A stretch of 64,000 nt of DNA, from contig NC_086097.1 in NCBI RefSeq assembly GCF_963921235.1, forward strand, positions 67,644,001 to 67,708,000, in the 5' to 3' direction. Position 1 is the stretch's first letter; each line of letters begins with the position of its first letter. The translations under genes and the position numbers were made by a program. Positions 25,204 through 36,155 of this stretch are shown here, in pieces. This DNA comes from Mobula hypostoma. Its lineage: Eukaryota. Under the pieces are notes generated by a model that made no database searches, was not told the origin of the DNA, and saw nothing but the letters and a program-made list of their open reading frames with translations.

Positions 25204-25492
25204 ACATAGAAACATAGAAAATAGGTGCAGGAGTAGGCCATTCGGCCCTTCGAGCCTGCACCGCCATTCAGTATGATCATGGCTGATCATCCAACTCAGA
25301 ACCCTGTACCTGCCTTCTCTCCATACCCCCTGATCCCTTTAGCCACAAGGGCCATATCTAACTCCCTTTTAAGTATAGCCAATGAACTGGCCTCAACTGT
25401 TTCCTGTGGCAGAGAATTCCACAGATTCACCACTCTCTGTGTGAAGAAGTTTTTCCTCATCTCGGTCCTAAAAGGCTTCCCCTTTATCCTCA
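25204..25492 (-). mobile_element. Young CR1 3' end with (ATGTTTCT)n tail
   Basis: Open RIKGKPFRTEMRKNFFTQRVVNLWNSLP, CpGs retained, and ACATAGAAACATAGAAA tail on the + strand. Confidence 0.9.
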
Positions 25493-26153
25493 AACACCAA
25501 GATTCATTTTCTTGCTGGCATACTTAATAAATCCAATAACCATAATAGAATCAATGAAAGACCACACCAACAGGCAGACAACTGTCTGCAAAAGACAACA
25601 AACAATGCAAGTACAAAAAGAAAGAAAAATAAATTAATAAACAATAAATGTCGGGAACATGAAATGAAGAGTCCTTGAAAGTGAGTCCATAGGCTGTGGG
25701 AGTAATTTAGTGATAGGGCAAGTGAAGTGGAGTGAAGTTATTGCCTCATTCAGGAGCCTGATGTGTGAGGGGTAACAACTATTCCTAAACCTGACTGTGT
25801 GAGTCCTGAGTCTCCTGTACAATACCCACTATTTTTTGCAGGATTTTCCATTCAAGGGCATTGGTATTCCTATACTAGGCTGTGATACAGCCAATCTCCA
25901 CTTCATATCTACAGAAGTTTGTCAAAGTTACTGATATCATGCCGAATCTTTGCAAAATCCTAAGGAGGTCGAGGTGCTACCATGCTTTCTTTGTAATCAC
26001 ACTTATGTGCTGGGCAAAGGACAGCTCCTCTCCACTGATAACACAGAGAAATTTAAAGTTGCCGATCTTCTCCCCCTCTGATCGCCTGATGAGGACTGGC
26101 TCCTGGACCTCCAGTTTTCTCCACCTGAGGCAAATAATCAGCTCCTTGGTGTT

Positions 26154-26262
26154 CCTTCAGTTAGTTAGTCCTGACGAAGGGTCTCGGCCTGAAACGTCGA
26201 CTGCGCCTCTTCCTATAGATGCTGCCTGGCCTGCTGCGTTCACCAGCAACTTTGATGTGTGT
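26154..26262 (+). mobile_element. 109-bp solo PLE pseudo-LTR fragment with 14-bp TSD (one mismatch)
   Basis: AGCTCCTTGGTGTT at 26140-26153 and AGCTCCTTGGAGTT at 26263-26276. Confidence 0.9.
26167..26202 (+). ncRNA. Minimal type-I hammerhead ribozyme, intact core
   Basis: AGTC CTGACGA AGGGTCTCGGCCT GAAA CGTC GACT, identical over 36 nt to the minus-strand copy at 12144-12179. Confidence 0.8.
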
Positions 26263-28333
26263 AGCTCCTTGGAGTTGCTGAATTTGAGTAAGAAGTTATT
26301 GTTGTGGCACCACTCAGCCAGATTTTTAATCTCCTCCTATACGCTGATCAGTCACCACCTTTGTTTCGGCCTGTAACTGTAGTGTTATCAGCAAACTTGA
26401 ATATGTCATTGGAGCTGGGCTTAGCCACACAGTCATAAGTGTAAAGTGAGTAGAGCAGGGGCCTAAGCACACGGCCTTGTGGTGCATCTGTGCTGATGGC
26501 GATTGTGGAGGAGATGTTGTTGTCAATCTGAATTGATGAGGTCTGGAAGTGAGGAAATCAAGGATCCAATTGCACAAGGAGGTATTGAGGCCAATGTCTT
26601 GAAGCTTATTGATTAGTATTAAGGGTATGATAGTATTGAATGCCGAGCTGTACTCTATAAAGAGCATCCTGATGTACACCTCTTTCCTGTCCAAATGTTC
26701 CCGTTTGAGTGAAGAGCCAATGAAATGGCATCTACTGTAGGCTTGTTGTGGCGGTAGGCAAATTAGAATGGATTCAAGTCATTTCTCAGGCAGAAGTTCA
26801 TATGTTTCATCACCAAACTCTTAAAACACTTCATCAGTGCTACTGGATGATCATCACCGAGGCAGGTTCTTCCTAGGCACTGGTATAATCGAAGCCTGCG
26901 AAAAGCAGTTGGGTACCTCAGACTGCTGAAGTGAGAGGTTAAAGATCTCAGCTGTTGTTCAGCACAGGTCTTTAGTACTCGGCCACATACACCATCTGGG
27001 CCAGATGCTTCCTATGGATTTACTCACCTGAAGGATGCTCTCACATTGGCATCAGAGACCGAAATCATAGGATCACTGGGGCTGTGGGAGATCATGATGG
27101 TTCCTCCATGTTTTGATGGTCAAAGCAAGCATAGAAGACACTGAGCTAACCTGAGAACAAAGCTCTGTTTTCATCTATGTCGATTGATTTCCCTTTGTAA
27201 GAGCTGATAGCATGCAAGACCTGCAAGAGTTGTCAAGTATCCTTCATTGATTCAAGTTTAGTCCAGAATTGCCACTTCACCATGAGATGGCTTTCCAGAG
27301 ATCGTACCTGGACCTCTTGTATCTCTCTTGGTCACCAGAGTTGAATACCTCTGATCTGGCCCTCTACAGATTATGGATCTCATGATTCACTTAGGGCTTC
27401 TGGTTGGAGAAGACTCGGAGTGGTTTTGTGGGGACACACTTGTCTACAACTGTTTTTATAAAGTCTATGACAACAGTGGTGATATTCATTCAGATCTACA
27501 GGTGAGTTCTTTAACATGGCACAGTCCACCAACTCAGAGCAACCACATTGCCGCTCCTCTGCCTCCTGTGACCACCTCTTTGTTGTCCTAATCTCTGGAG
27601 CCTTGATCTTTAGCCTCTGCTTTTATGAAGGTAGGAGAAGGACATGCATACAGGCAGTTTGGACATGAAACAGTCGGCATTCCTTATCTTAGAAGAGCAC
27701 TGGTCTAGTGTGTTGGGACCTCGGGTATGCAGGTTATATGCTGATGGTAATTAGGCACGGATTTCTTCAAACAAGCCTGATTGTTTACCTTAAGTTATCT
27801 GCTGTTGGAATTTGAGATTTAATGAATATTTTCATTGCCAATTTCAGAAGCCTACCTTCAACACTTTGATCTGGAAGCATCTTCTTTTGATAATGTGCTC
27901 TTTGTAGAGTTGAACGACACTCTCTTTATACTGCCAAATAGTAAACTCAGATCAGGATTTACAAGCTAACAGAATTAATCTCTGTAATTCCCTCAATTTA
28001 CCACCATCACTTTTGGGGAAGATAAGCAGAGCCCCTGCAGAACTGATGTAAACAACTTGCTATTTATGATATTTCTCCAAGGATTCCATTGCAGTCGCAG
28101 CGGCAGATCAGGGGAACCCCTGCTGAACTCACAGCAAACGTTTTTATTCGGAATTTAAGTCGAGATTTAGACAAAAACCAAGAACAATTTTTTTTTAAAA
28201 ATGAGTAAAGTCTAATAAATTAGAAACACTTCATAAGAATATACTTAAGTAAATTTCAGAATAACATGTTTCACTTTTTTTTTGGACTCATATGATTTTA
28301 ACTAATGATTGCCTAGAACTTTTATCATGTAAT

Positions 28334-28663
28334 CATAAACACGAGAAAGGCTGCAGATGCTGGAAATTCAAAGCAACACACACAAAATGCTGGAGGAACT
28401 CAGCAGGACAGGCAGCATCTATGGAAAAGAATAAACAATCAACATTTCAGGCTGAGGTCCTTTTTCAGGACTGAAAAGGAAGGGGGAAGATGCCAGAATA
28501 AAAAGGAGGGAGGGGAAGGAGGCTAGGGGGGAGGTGATAGGGGAAGCCAGGTGGGTGGGAAATGTAAAGGGCTGAAGAAGGGTATCGGTGGCAACAACTG
28601 TTTATTCATTTCCTTTGATATTGCCTGACCTATTGAGTTCCTCCAGCATTTTGTGTAAGTTGC
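28334..28663. mobile_element. PLE-derived asymmetric foldback with 13-bp TSD and degenerate hammerheads
   Basis: TTTATCATGTAAT at 28321-28333 and TTTATCGTGTAAT at 28664-28676; minus-strand CAGTC CTGAAAA...GAAA TGTT GATTG at about 28436-28473. Confidence 0.8.
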
Positions 28664-29049
28664 TTTATCGTGTAATTTATGCTTATTTGTTCTATTTAAC
28701 CGAATTAATATGAAAAAGTTTTCGTTTAGAGAATTTCTGGATTACATGTGGATTTTAAAGTCTTTGTTTTTTTCTGTTGAACTAATGCACTAGTAGGTTT
28801 GACCTTACTCACTGGTTTTCTATGATGTGTAGCTCACAACTGAATGCCACTTCCCTGAACATCAAACACATCTGCACGGCTCATTAATGGTGCGGGAGGT
28901 CATCAAAGCACTGGTAAGGGCAGTTTTGATGAAAGCTAAATGTATCTGAAGCCATTGAGTATGAGTCTGAAAATAATTATTTGTAATTCATATTCCGGGT
29001 ATGATCATTTCTGGCACAGCCAGCAACTACCACCCATTTTTATTTGATC

Positions 29050-29480
29050 CCGTGAGGAAGCTGAGTCCTTTTGGTTGAACCACTTCAGAATGTCTAGCGA
29101 AGGCACTCAATCCCATTGAGTAGAAAGTTCCAGGATTTAGATCCAGTGACAATGATTAGCTGATGACGTCAGGATGGTATGTTATTTGGAAAGAAACTGC
29201 TGGCCGTGGTGTACTCATGCACTCACTGCTCTTGTCCTTCTCAGCTACAGTCTGGAAGATACTGTCAAAGCCGCCTGGCAAACAGTTATAGTGCACTTTT
29301 TTTGTGTAAGTGGTTACTTTGTCCCTGATTATTTCAAGTTTCTTGAGGGTTATTGACATTTCATTCATTCAGGTAAGTGGAGATTATTCCATTATATATT
29401 GCTGGCTTGTGACTTGTAGTGATGGAAAATTCATGGGGCGGCAGATGGAAAGTTATTCACTATGAGGATCTTCTTGTCAT
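29050..29480 (-). mobile_element. Old CR1/L2-group LINE 3' fragment
   Basis: Resembles 20960-21560 (GCTCTTGTCCTTCT..., TATTCCAT...ACTTGTAG). Confidence 0.5.
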
Positions 29481-30444
29481 AGCGTGCCTCTTGTAACAGT
29501 CATAACAACCACACATCAATGACAAGAATACTCCTTGCTTCAAACCTAACTCCTGTCACCCCCAGTCTGACCATTACTCCAGCAGCCTATTGTAACCACC
29601 CAATATGACTCTACATAAACCACTTAACCCAACTAATGTCAAGTTTCTTCCTCCCAGACCCTCTTGTTTGCAAATTTCACCCCTTTCCCCTTGCAAGCTC
29701 AACCTGGACCCCTATCCTTCTTGTGCTCTTTTCATTGGGTAAGTGCAGAAACGAAGTTTTTCATGCAAGAAGTGTAATGCTTGATCTGCAGACTGTGATG
29801 TCTTGGATCTTGTGGTACAGAATACAGGAGCAACACACTTGCTGCACACTATTTATTTAATGCAACATCCCAAATGCCAAAAATGTTTTTAATGTTAATG
29901 TACCTTATTCTGCAAATGTGAAATTCAACAGTATCTAACCCAATGTCTGTATTTCAAAATTTCTATTACTGCTTTCCAAGCTCACGTCAAAAAATGAGCA
30001 ATGCTTCATGATTAATGAAGACTTAGATAGTTTTCCAAACAAGTAGAAGTAATCATTATGTCCAACTGTAAGAGTATAAAGGCAAACAGACAGATGGAAA
30101 AAATAATTTTAATAGAAAGCCATTTTTATCTACTTTTCACCCTTTTTAATATAAATGTGTCAGATATTTGGGTATAACCGAATTATTCAGGGCAAAAGAG
30201 GATCTGTTAAGTTATATGAAAAGCTCAGCAATTTCTGGTAGGAAGCCAACATAATCAGTGATTCATCTATAATTGCTACTTGGAAAAATAAATTAATATA
30301 TGAAGAAAGATGATTAAATATCCTTGCCAAGGAGTCAATTATACGGCATGGAAACAGGCCATTTAGGCTAACGTCCATGCTAAGGTGATGCCTCAGGAAG
30401 GTTAGCAACCATCATGTAGGACCTCACTATCTGGGACAAATACC

Positions 30445-31076
30445 TACAGATGTGTGATGGAGAGTATATTGACTGGTTGCATCATGGCCTGGTATGGAAA
30501 TACCAATGACCTTGTTCAGAAAAGCCTACAAAAAGTAGTGGATATGGCCCAGCCCATCACAGGTAAAGCTCTCCCATCCATTGAGCACATTTACACGAAG
30601 TGCTGTAATAGGAAAGCAGTATCCATCATCAGGGACCTCCACCATCTAGTCCATGCTCTCTTCATGTTGCTGGCATCAGGAAGAAGGTACAGGTGCCTCA
30701 GGATCAACACCACCAGGTTTAAGAATAATTATTACCTCTCAACCATAAGGCTCTTGAACCAGGGAATAACTTCATTGAACTTCACTTGCCCCATCATTGA
30801 ACTGTTCCCACAACTTACGGACTCACTTTCAAGGACTCTTCATCTCATGTTCTTGATATTTATTTCTTATTTATTTTTATTAATTTTTTCTCTTTCTCAC
30901 TGTATTTGCACAGTTTGTTAGGTGTTCTGCACATTGATTGTTGCCTATCCTGTTGGGCGTGGTTTTCATTGATTTTATTGTGTTTCCTGTATTGCTGAGA
31001 TTGCCCACATCAAAATGGATCTCAGGGTAGTATATGGTGACATATATGTACTTTGATAATAAACTTACTTTGAACA
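30445..31076 (+). mobile_element. Rex1/Babar-type LINE 3' end
   Basis: ESILTGCIMAWYGN...SGRRYRCLRINTTRFKNNYY; tail TACTTTGAAC. Confidence 0.9.
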
Positions 31077-31439
31077 TGCCCCATCTTCTTGTTACTGCCA
31101 TCAGGGTGGAGTGGGAGGGACTGGAGCCTGAAGATCCATACTTAATTCAGGTACAGCTTCTTCCCCTCCGTCATCGGATTTTAGAATGGTCCATGAAACC
31201 CACGAACACTATCTCGGTCTTTTTGCACTATTTATTTTGAAATTTAAAGTAATTTTATAAATCTTCGGATTCTCCTTTACCTTATTTTCCAAATCTATCT
31301 CATATCCCACTTTTGCTCTTGTAATTTCTTTCTTGTGTGCACCACAATATCCTATATACTCAAGAGTTTCACTTGATTCCTGCTGCCTGTACCTGACCTA
31401 AACATCCTTCATTTCCCTGATCAGAACCTCAATATCCAG

Positions 31440-32148
31440 CAAGGAATGATTACTGATTTCAGGAGGAGGAAACCGGAGGTACATGAGTCAGTCCTCATCG
31501 GAGGATCAGAGGTGGAGAGAGTCAGCAAGTTTAAATTCCTCCTGCATCACAGCCTGGTATGGAAACACCAATGCCCCTGAACAGACAATCTGACAAAAAA
31601 TAGTGGATATGGCCCAGCCTGTCACAGTAAAGGCCTCTCCACCACTGAGCACATCTACATGAAGTGTTGTTGCGGGAAAGCAGTATCCATCAGCAGGGAC
31701 CTCCACCACCCAGGACAAGCTCTCTTCTTGCTGCTGCCATCAGGAAGAAGGTACAGGAGCCTCAGGACTCACAACACCAGGTTCAGGAACAGTCATTAGC
31801 CATCAACCATCGTGCTCTTGAATGAAAGGGAATAACTTCATCAACTTCACTTGCCCCATCATTGAAATGTTCACTCAAGCTATGGACTCATTTTCAATGG
31901 CTGTTCATCTCGCGTTCTCAATATTTATTGATTACTTATTTATTATTATTTCTTTCTATTTGTATTTGTCAGTTTTTTGTCCCTTGGACAGTGGTTGAAT
32001 GTCCATTTTGGTGTGGTCTTTCAATGATTCTATTACGGTCATTATTCTATTATGGCTTTATTGTGTATGTCCACAAGAAAATGAATCTCAGGGTTGTATA
32101 TGGTGATATATATGTATTTTGATAATAAATTTACTTTGAACTTTGAAC
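31440..32148 (+). mobile_element. Rex1/Babar-type LINE 3' end with internal deletion, nested in a CR1 fragment
   Basis: KE.ITDFRR...VERVSKFKFL joined directly to CITAWYGN; tail ACTTTGAACTTTGAAC. Confidence 0.85.
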
Positions 32149-32319
32149 CAGAGTTTCCTAATCCTACCAACCTTGCCTTTCACTCTAACAGGAACTTGTT
32201 GGCTCCAAATTCTCCCTATCTTTCTCCCATTCACCTTTTCTATGTTCCTGTGTATTGCCATCAAAATTAGTCTTTTCCCAATTTAGGACTTTAACATGGG
32301 GAAATTATTAAAAATTACA

Positions 32320-33090
32320 GAGGATCTTGATTAGATGGGTAAGTAGGCTGAAGACTGACAAATGGCTTTCAACTTGGATAAACGTGAACTGCTGCAGTTT
32401 GGGAAGTCAAACCAGGAGAGGACATATGCAGGGAATTGCTGAACTCTGGGGACTGTTGTGGAGCAGAGGCACCTAGGGAAGAGAGCAAGTTTATATTTCA
32501 CTAAAAAAGAGGCATCATTTGACCATAAGGTAGACAGGGAGGTGAAGAAGGCACTTGGCTTGCCGGCCTTCATCAGTGAATGCACTGAGTATAGTACGTT
32601 ATGCTGAGTACAGACATTCCGAAGTCCAATGACATACTGGTTGGTTGGTTAATTGCTCATTATAAATTTTCCTGGGATTAAGCGAGGATCATATCAGGCG
32701 ATTGCTGGGTGGCATGGCTCAAAGGGCCAGAAGGGCCTATCCTGCACTGTACCCCAATAAATAAATAAATAATTGCAGTTATACAAAATGTGGTGAGATG
32801 CTTATACAGTTTTGGTCACCCTGTTACAGGAAAGACTTCTTTAAACTGTAAAGAGCATAAAGAAGATTTATGAGGATGCAGTCAGGACTTGAAGGAATGG
32901 GTTATAGGGAGAAGGGACAGGCTAGGACTTCATTCCTTGGAACATAGGAGATTGCAGGGTGATCTTATAGAAGTGTATAAAATTATGACAGGTATCGACA
33001 GGGCAAATGCATATAGTCTTTTTCCTGGGAAAAGGGAACTACATAGAGGGCATTGATTTAAGGTGAGAGGTGAAAGGTTTAAATGGGATT
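32320..33090 (+). mobile_element. CR1 LINE 3' fragment (minus-strand CR1-like pieces at about 31260-31440 and 32150-32300 suggest a 5' inversion)
   Basis: QMAFNLDKRELLQFG and GDLIEVYKIMTGIDR motifs. Confidence 0.75.
32612..32772 (+). mobile_element. 5'-truncated V-SINE/HE1-like SINE with CR1-derived tail and (AATA)n
   Basis: GTCCAATGACATACTGGTTGG...TTAATTGCTCATT.TAAATT resembles the V-domain 3' part; followed by AAGGGCCAGAAGGGCCT and AATAAATAAATAAAT. Confidence 0.6.
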
Positions 33091-33091
33091 T

Positions 33092-34255
33092 GACCATAAG
33101 ACATAAGAGCAGAATTAGGCCATTTGGCCCATCGAGTCTGCTCCACCATTTAATCATGGATGACCCTTTTCTCCCCTCCTCCACCCCATTCCAAAGCCTT
33201 CTCCCTGTAACCTTTGAAACCAAATCCAATCAAGAACCTATCAAATCTCTACATAAATGCACCCAATGACCTGGCCTCCACAGCTGCATGTGGCAACAAA
33301 TTCCACAAATTCACCACCCTTTGGATAAAAAAATTTCTCCACATCTCTGTTTTGAAAGGACGCCTCTCTATTCTGAGGCTGTGCTCTCTTGTCCTAGATT
33401 CCCCCAGCATGTGAAACATCCTTTCCACATCTACTCTGTCTAGGCCTTTCAAATTTGAAAGGTTTCAATGAGATCCCCCCTCACCCTTCTAAATTCCAGT
33501 GAGTACAGGCCCAGAGCCATCAAACGTTCCTCATACGATAATCTTTTCATTCCCGAAATCATCCTTGTGAACCTCATCTGGACCCTCTCCAATGACAGCA
33601 TATCTTAGATGATGAGCCCAAAGCTGTTCACATTACTCAAGGTGAGGCCTCACAAGTGCCTTATAAAGCCTCAGCATCACAATCCTGCTCTTGATTCAAG
33701 ACATCTTGAAATTAACGCTGACATTTCATTTGCCTTCCTCACCATCAACAACCTGCAAATTAACATTTAGGGTGTTCTGCACAAGTACTCCCAAGTCCCT
33801 CTGCATCTCAGATTTTTGGATTTTCTCCCCATTTAGAAAATAGTCTGCACATTTATTTCTACTGCCAAAGTGCATGACTTTCTTGCCCATTCTCCTAATC
33901 TGTCTAAGTCCTTCTGCAGACTACGTGTTTCCTCAACATTACCTAGCCCTCTGCCAATCTTCATATCATCTGAAAACCTGGTAACAAAGCCATCTATTCC
34001 ATCATCTAAATCATTGATATACAGTATAAAAAGATGCAGTCCCAACACTGGCCCCTGTGGAACACCACTAGTTACTGACAGCCAACCAGACTAGGATGCT
34101 TTTATTCCCACTCACTGCCTCCTACCAATCAGCTAATGCTCTAACCATGTCAGTAGCTTTCCTGTAATGCCATGGGCTTTTAACTTAGTAAGTAGCTTCA
34201 TGTATGGCACCTTGTCAAAGACCTTCTGAAAGCCCAAATATATAACATCCACCAA
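33092..34255 (-). mobile_element. CR1 LINE 3' 1.2 kb
   Basis: LFILYINDLDDGIDG...FSDDMKIG and RNFFIQRVVNLWNLLP. Confidence 0.9.
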
Positions 34256-34294
34256 TTAACTTAAATATCATATTGATAAAAAAGTAATAGATTA

Positions 34295-34414
34295 ATGCTG
34301 CAAAGAACACAATGATGGAGGTACTCAGTAGATCAAGGAAATGAACAATCACGTTTCAGATCAAAAGCTTTAATCTGTTCTGATGAAGGGTCTCAACCTG
34401 AAACATTGACTGCC
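34295..34414. mobile_element. Old PLE-derived foldback remnant with hammerhead motif
   Basis: CTGATGA (34380) AGGGTCTCAACCT GAAA CATT GACT, preceded by an inverted decayed arm. Confidence 0.6.
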
Positions 34415-35067
34415 ACCTCAATTTAGTTTGCAAAGGTCACTGAGAGCTTAAATCCATCATGGACCCAATCTCACTTCTTTGCCTTGAGTCTCTTAAACAA
34501 TTTTCACTGAATGTAATACTCAAACAACAACACCCCTTCTTCCAACACAGCATGTTACAGCTTCAGAACTCAAATTTAAATTTAACGATTTCAGATAATC
34601 AGCGATTTCACAATTCCTATGTTTGGATCTATCTCTCTCTGGTAATTACAGATTTTATTGGCCTCCTGATATTTAAATCTTAGACATACCTTTGGGTATT
34701 GACTATCCTTCATCATCCTTTACTTGCTGTCAATACCGTGACTAATGTCATTTCAGCTCTCCTGTTCTCCACACGAGTATAGACCTTCCTTTTTGTTCTC
34801 CTGTACCTGCTATCTTTCCACCTCAAAACCTGCTTGATTTCTTGGTTTTTTCAAGATTATTGATCTGCAGTAGTAGCTCTCCACTGATGCTACCTGAATT
34901 GCTAAACATTTCCAGATTTGTTTTTATTTGTGTTTATTCAGGGATCATCAATCTAAGGAAAACTGGATGCATTTACAAAAAAGTAAATAGTGAATAATTT
35001 ATAAAGGTGGGTGATTTCAGGTGTTGGTGAATAGATGTGTGAGAAAAAATGTATGCACATGCACATT

Positions 35068-36155
35068 CTAGCATGGAAAGAGCAGCATCTGATTGGCAGG
35101 AAGCAAAGAGTGGGAATAAAGGGAGCCTTTTCTGATTGGCTGCCGGTGACGAGTGGTGCTCCATGGGGGTCTGTATTGAGACTGATTCTTTTTACGTTGT
35201 ACGTCAATGATTTGGATGAAGGAATTGATGGCTTTGTTGCAAAATTTGTAGACAATATGAAGATAGGTGAAGGGGCAGGTAGTTTTGAGTAAGGAGAGAG
35301 GTCACAGAAGGACTTGCACAGATTAGGAGAATGGGCAAAGAAATGGCAGATGGAATACAGTGACGGGAAGTGTATGGTCATACATGTTGGTAGACGAAAT
35401 GAAAGGGTTCACTATTTTCTAAATGGTGAGAAAATTAAAAAAACTGAGTGCAAAGGGACTTGGGAGTTCTTGTGCAGGATTCCCTAATGGTTAATTTGCA
35501 GATTGTGCCTGTGGTGAGGAAGACAAATGCGATGTTAGCATTCATTTCAAGAGGACTAGAATATAAAAGCAAGGATGTAATGTTGAGGCTTTATAAAGCA
35601 CTGGTGAGGCCTCACTTGGAGTATTGTGAGAAGTTTTGGGCCACTTATCCAAGAAAGAATATGTTGATACTGGAGAGGGTTCAAAGGAGGTTCACAAAAA
35701 TGATTCCAGGATTGAAAGGCTTGTCATATGAAGAGCCTTTGATGGCTCTGGGCCGGTGTTCACTAGAATTCAGTCGAATGAGGGGTGACCTAATTGAAAC
35801 CTATCAAATGGTGAAAGGCCTTAATAGAGTGGATGGTGGGAAAGTCTAAGATCAAAGGACACAGTTTCAGGATAGAGGGTATCCTTTCAGAATGAAAAAT
35901 GAGGGGGGTTTTCTTAAGCCAGAGATTGGTGAATCTGTGGAATTCGTTGCCACAGACAGCTGTGGAGGCCAATTCTTTATGTATATTTAAGGAAGAAGTT
36001 GATAGATTCTTGATTGGTCAGGGGATGCAGGGATATGGGTGGATGGCAGGAGATTCGGGCTGAGAGGAAAATTAGATCAACAACAATGAAATGGCAGAGC
36101 ACACTTGACGGGCCAAATGGCCTAATTCTGCTCCTAAATCTTATGGACTTATGAC
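35068..36155 (+). mobile_element. CR1 LINE 3' 1.1 kb
   Basis: WLPVTSGAPWGSVL...YVNDLDEG...FVDNMKIG and YKALVRPHLEYC. Confidence 0.92.

Larger units (their letters stand above)
25493..27870 (-). mobile_element. Rex1/Babar-type LINE (long copy: partial endonuclease, RT and 3' UTR)
   Basis: [45 protein letters not shown] and YRRLRTHTVRFRNSCYP. Confidence 0.88.
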
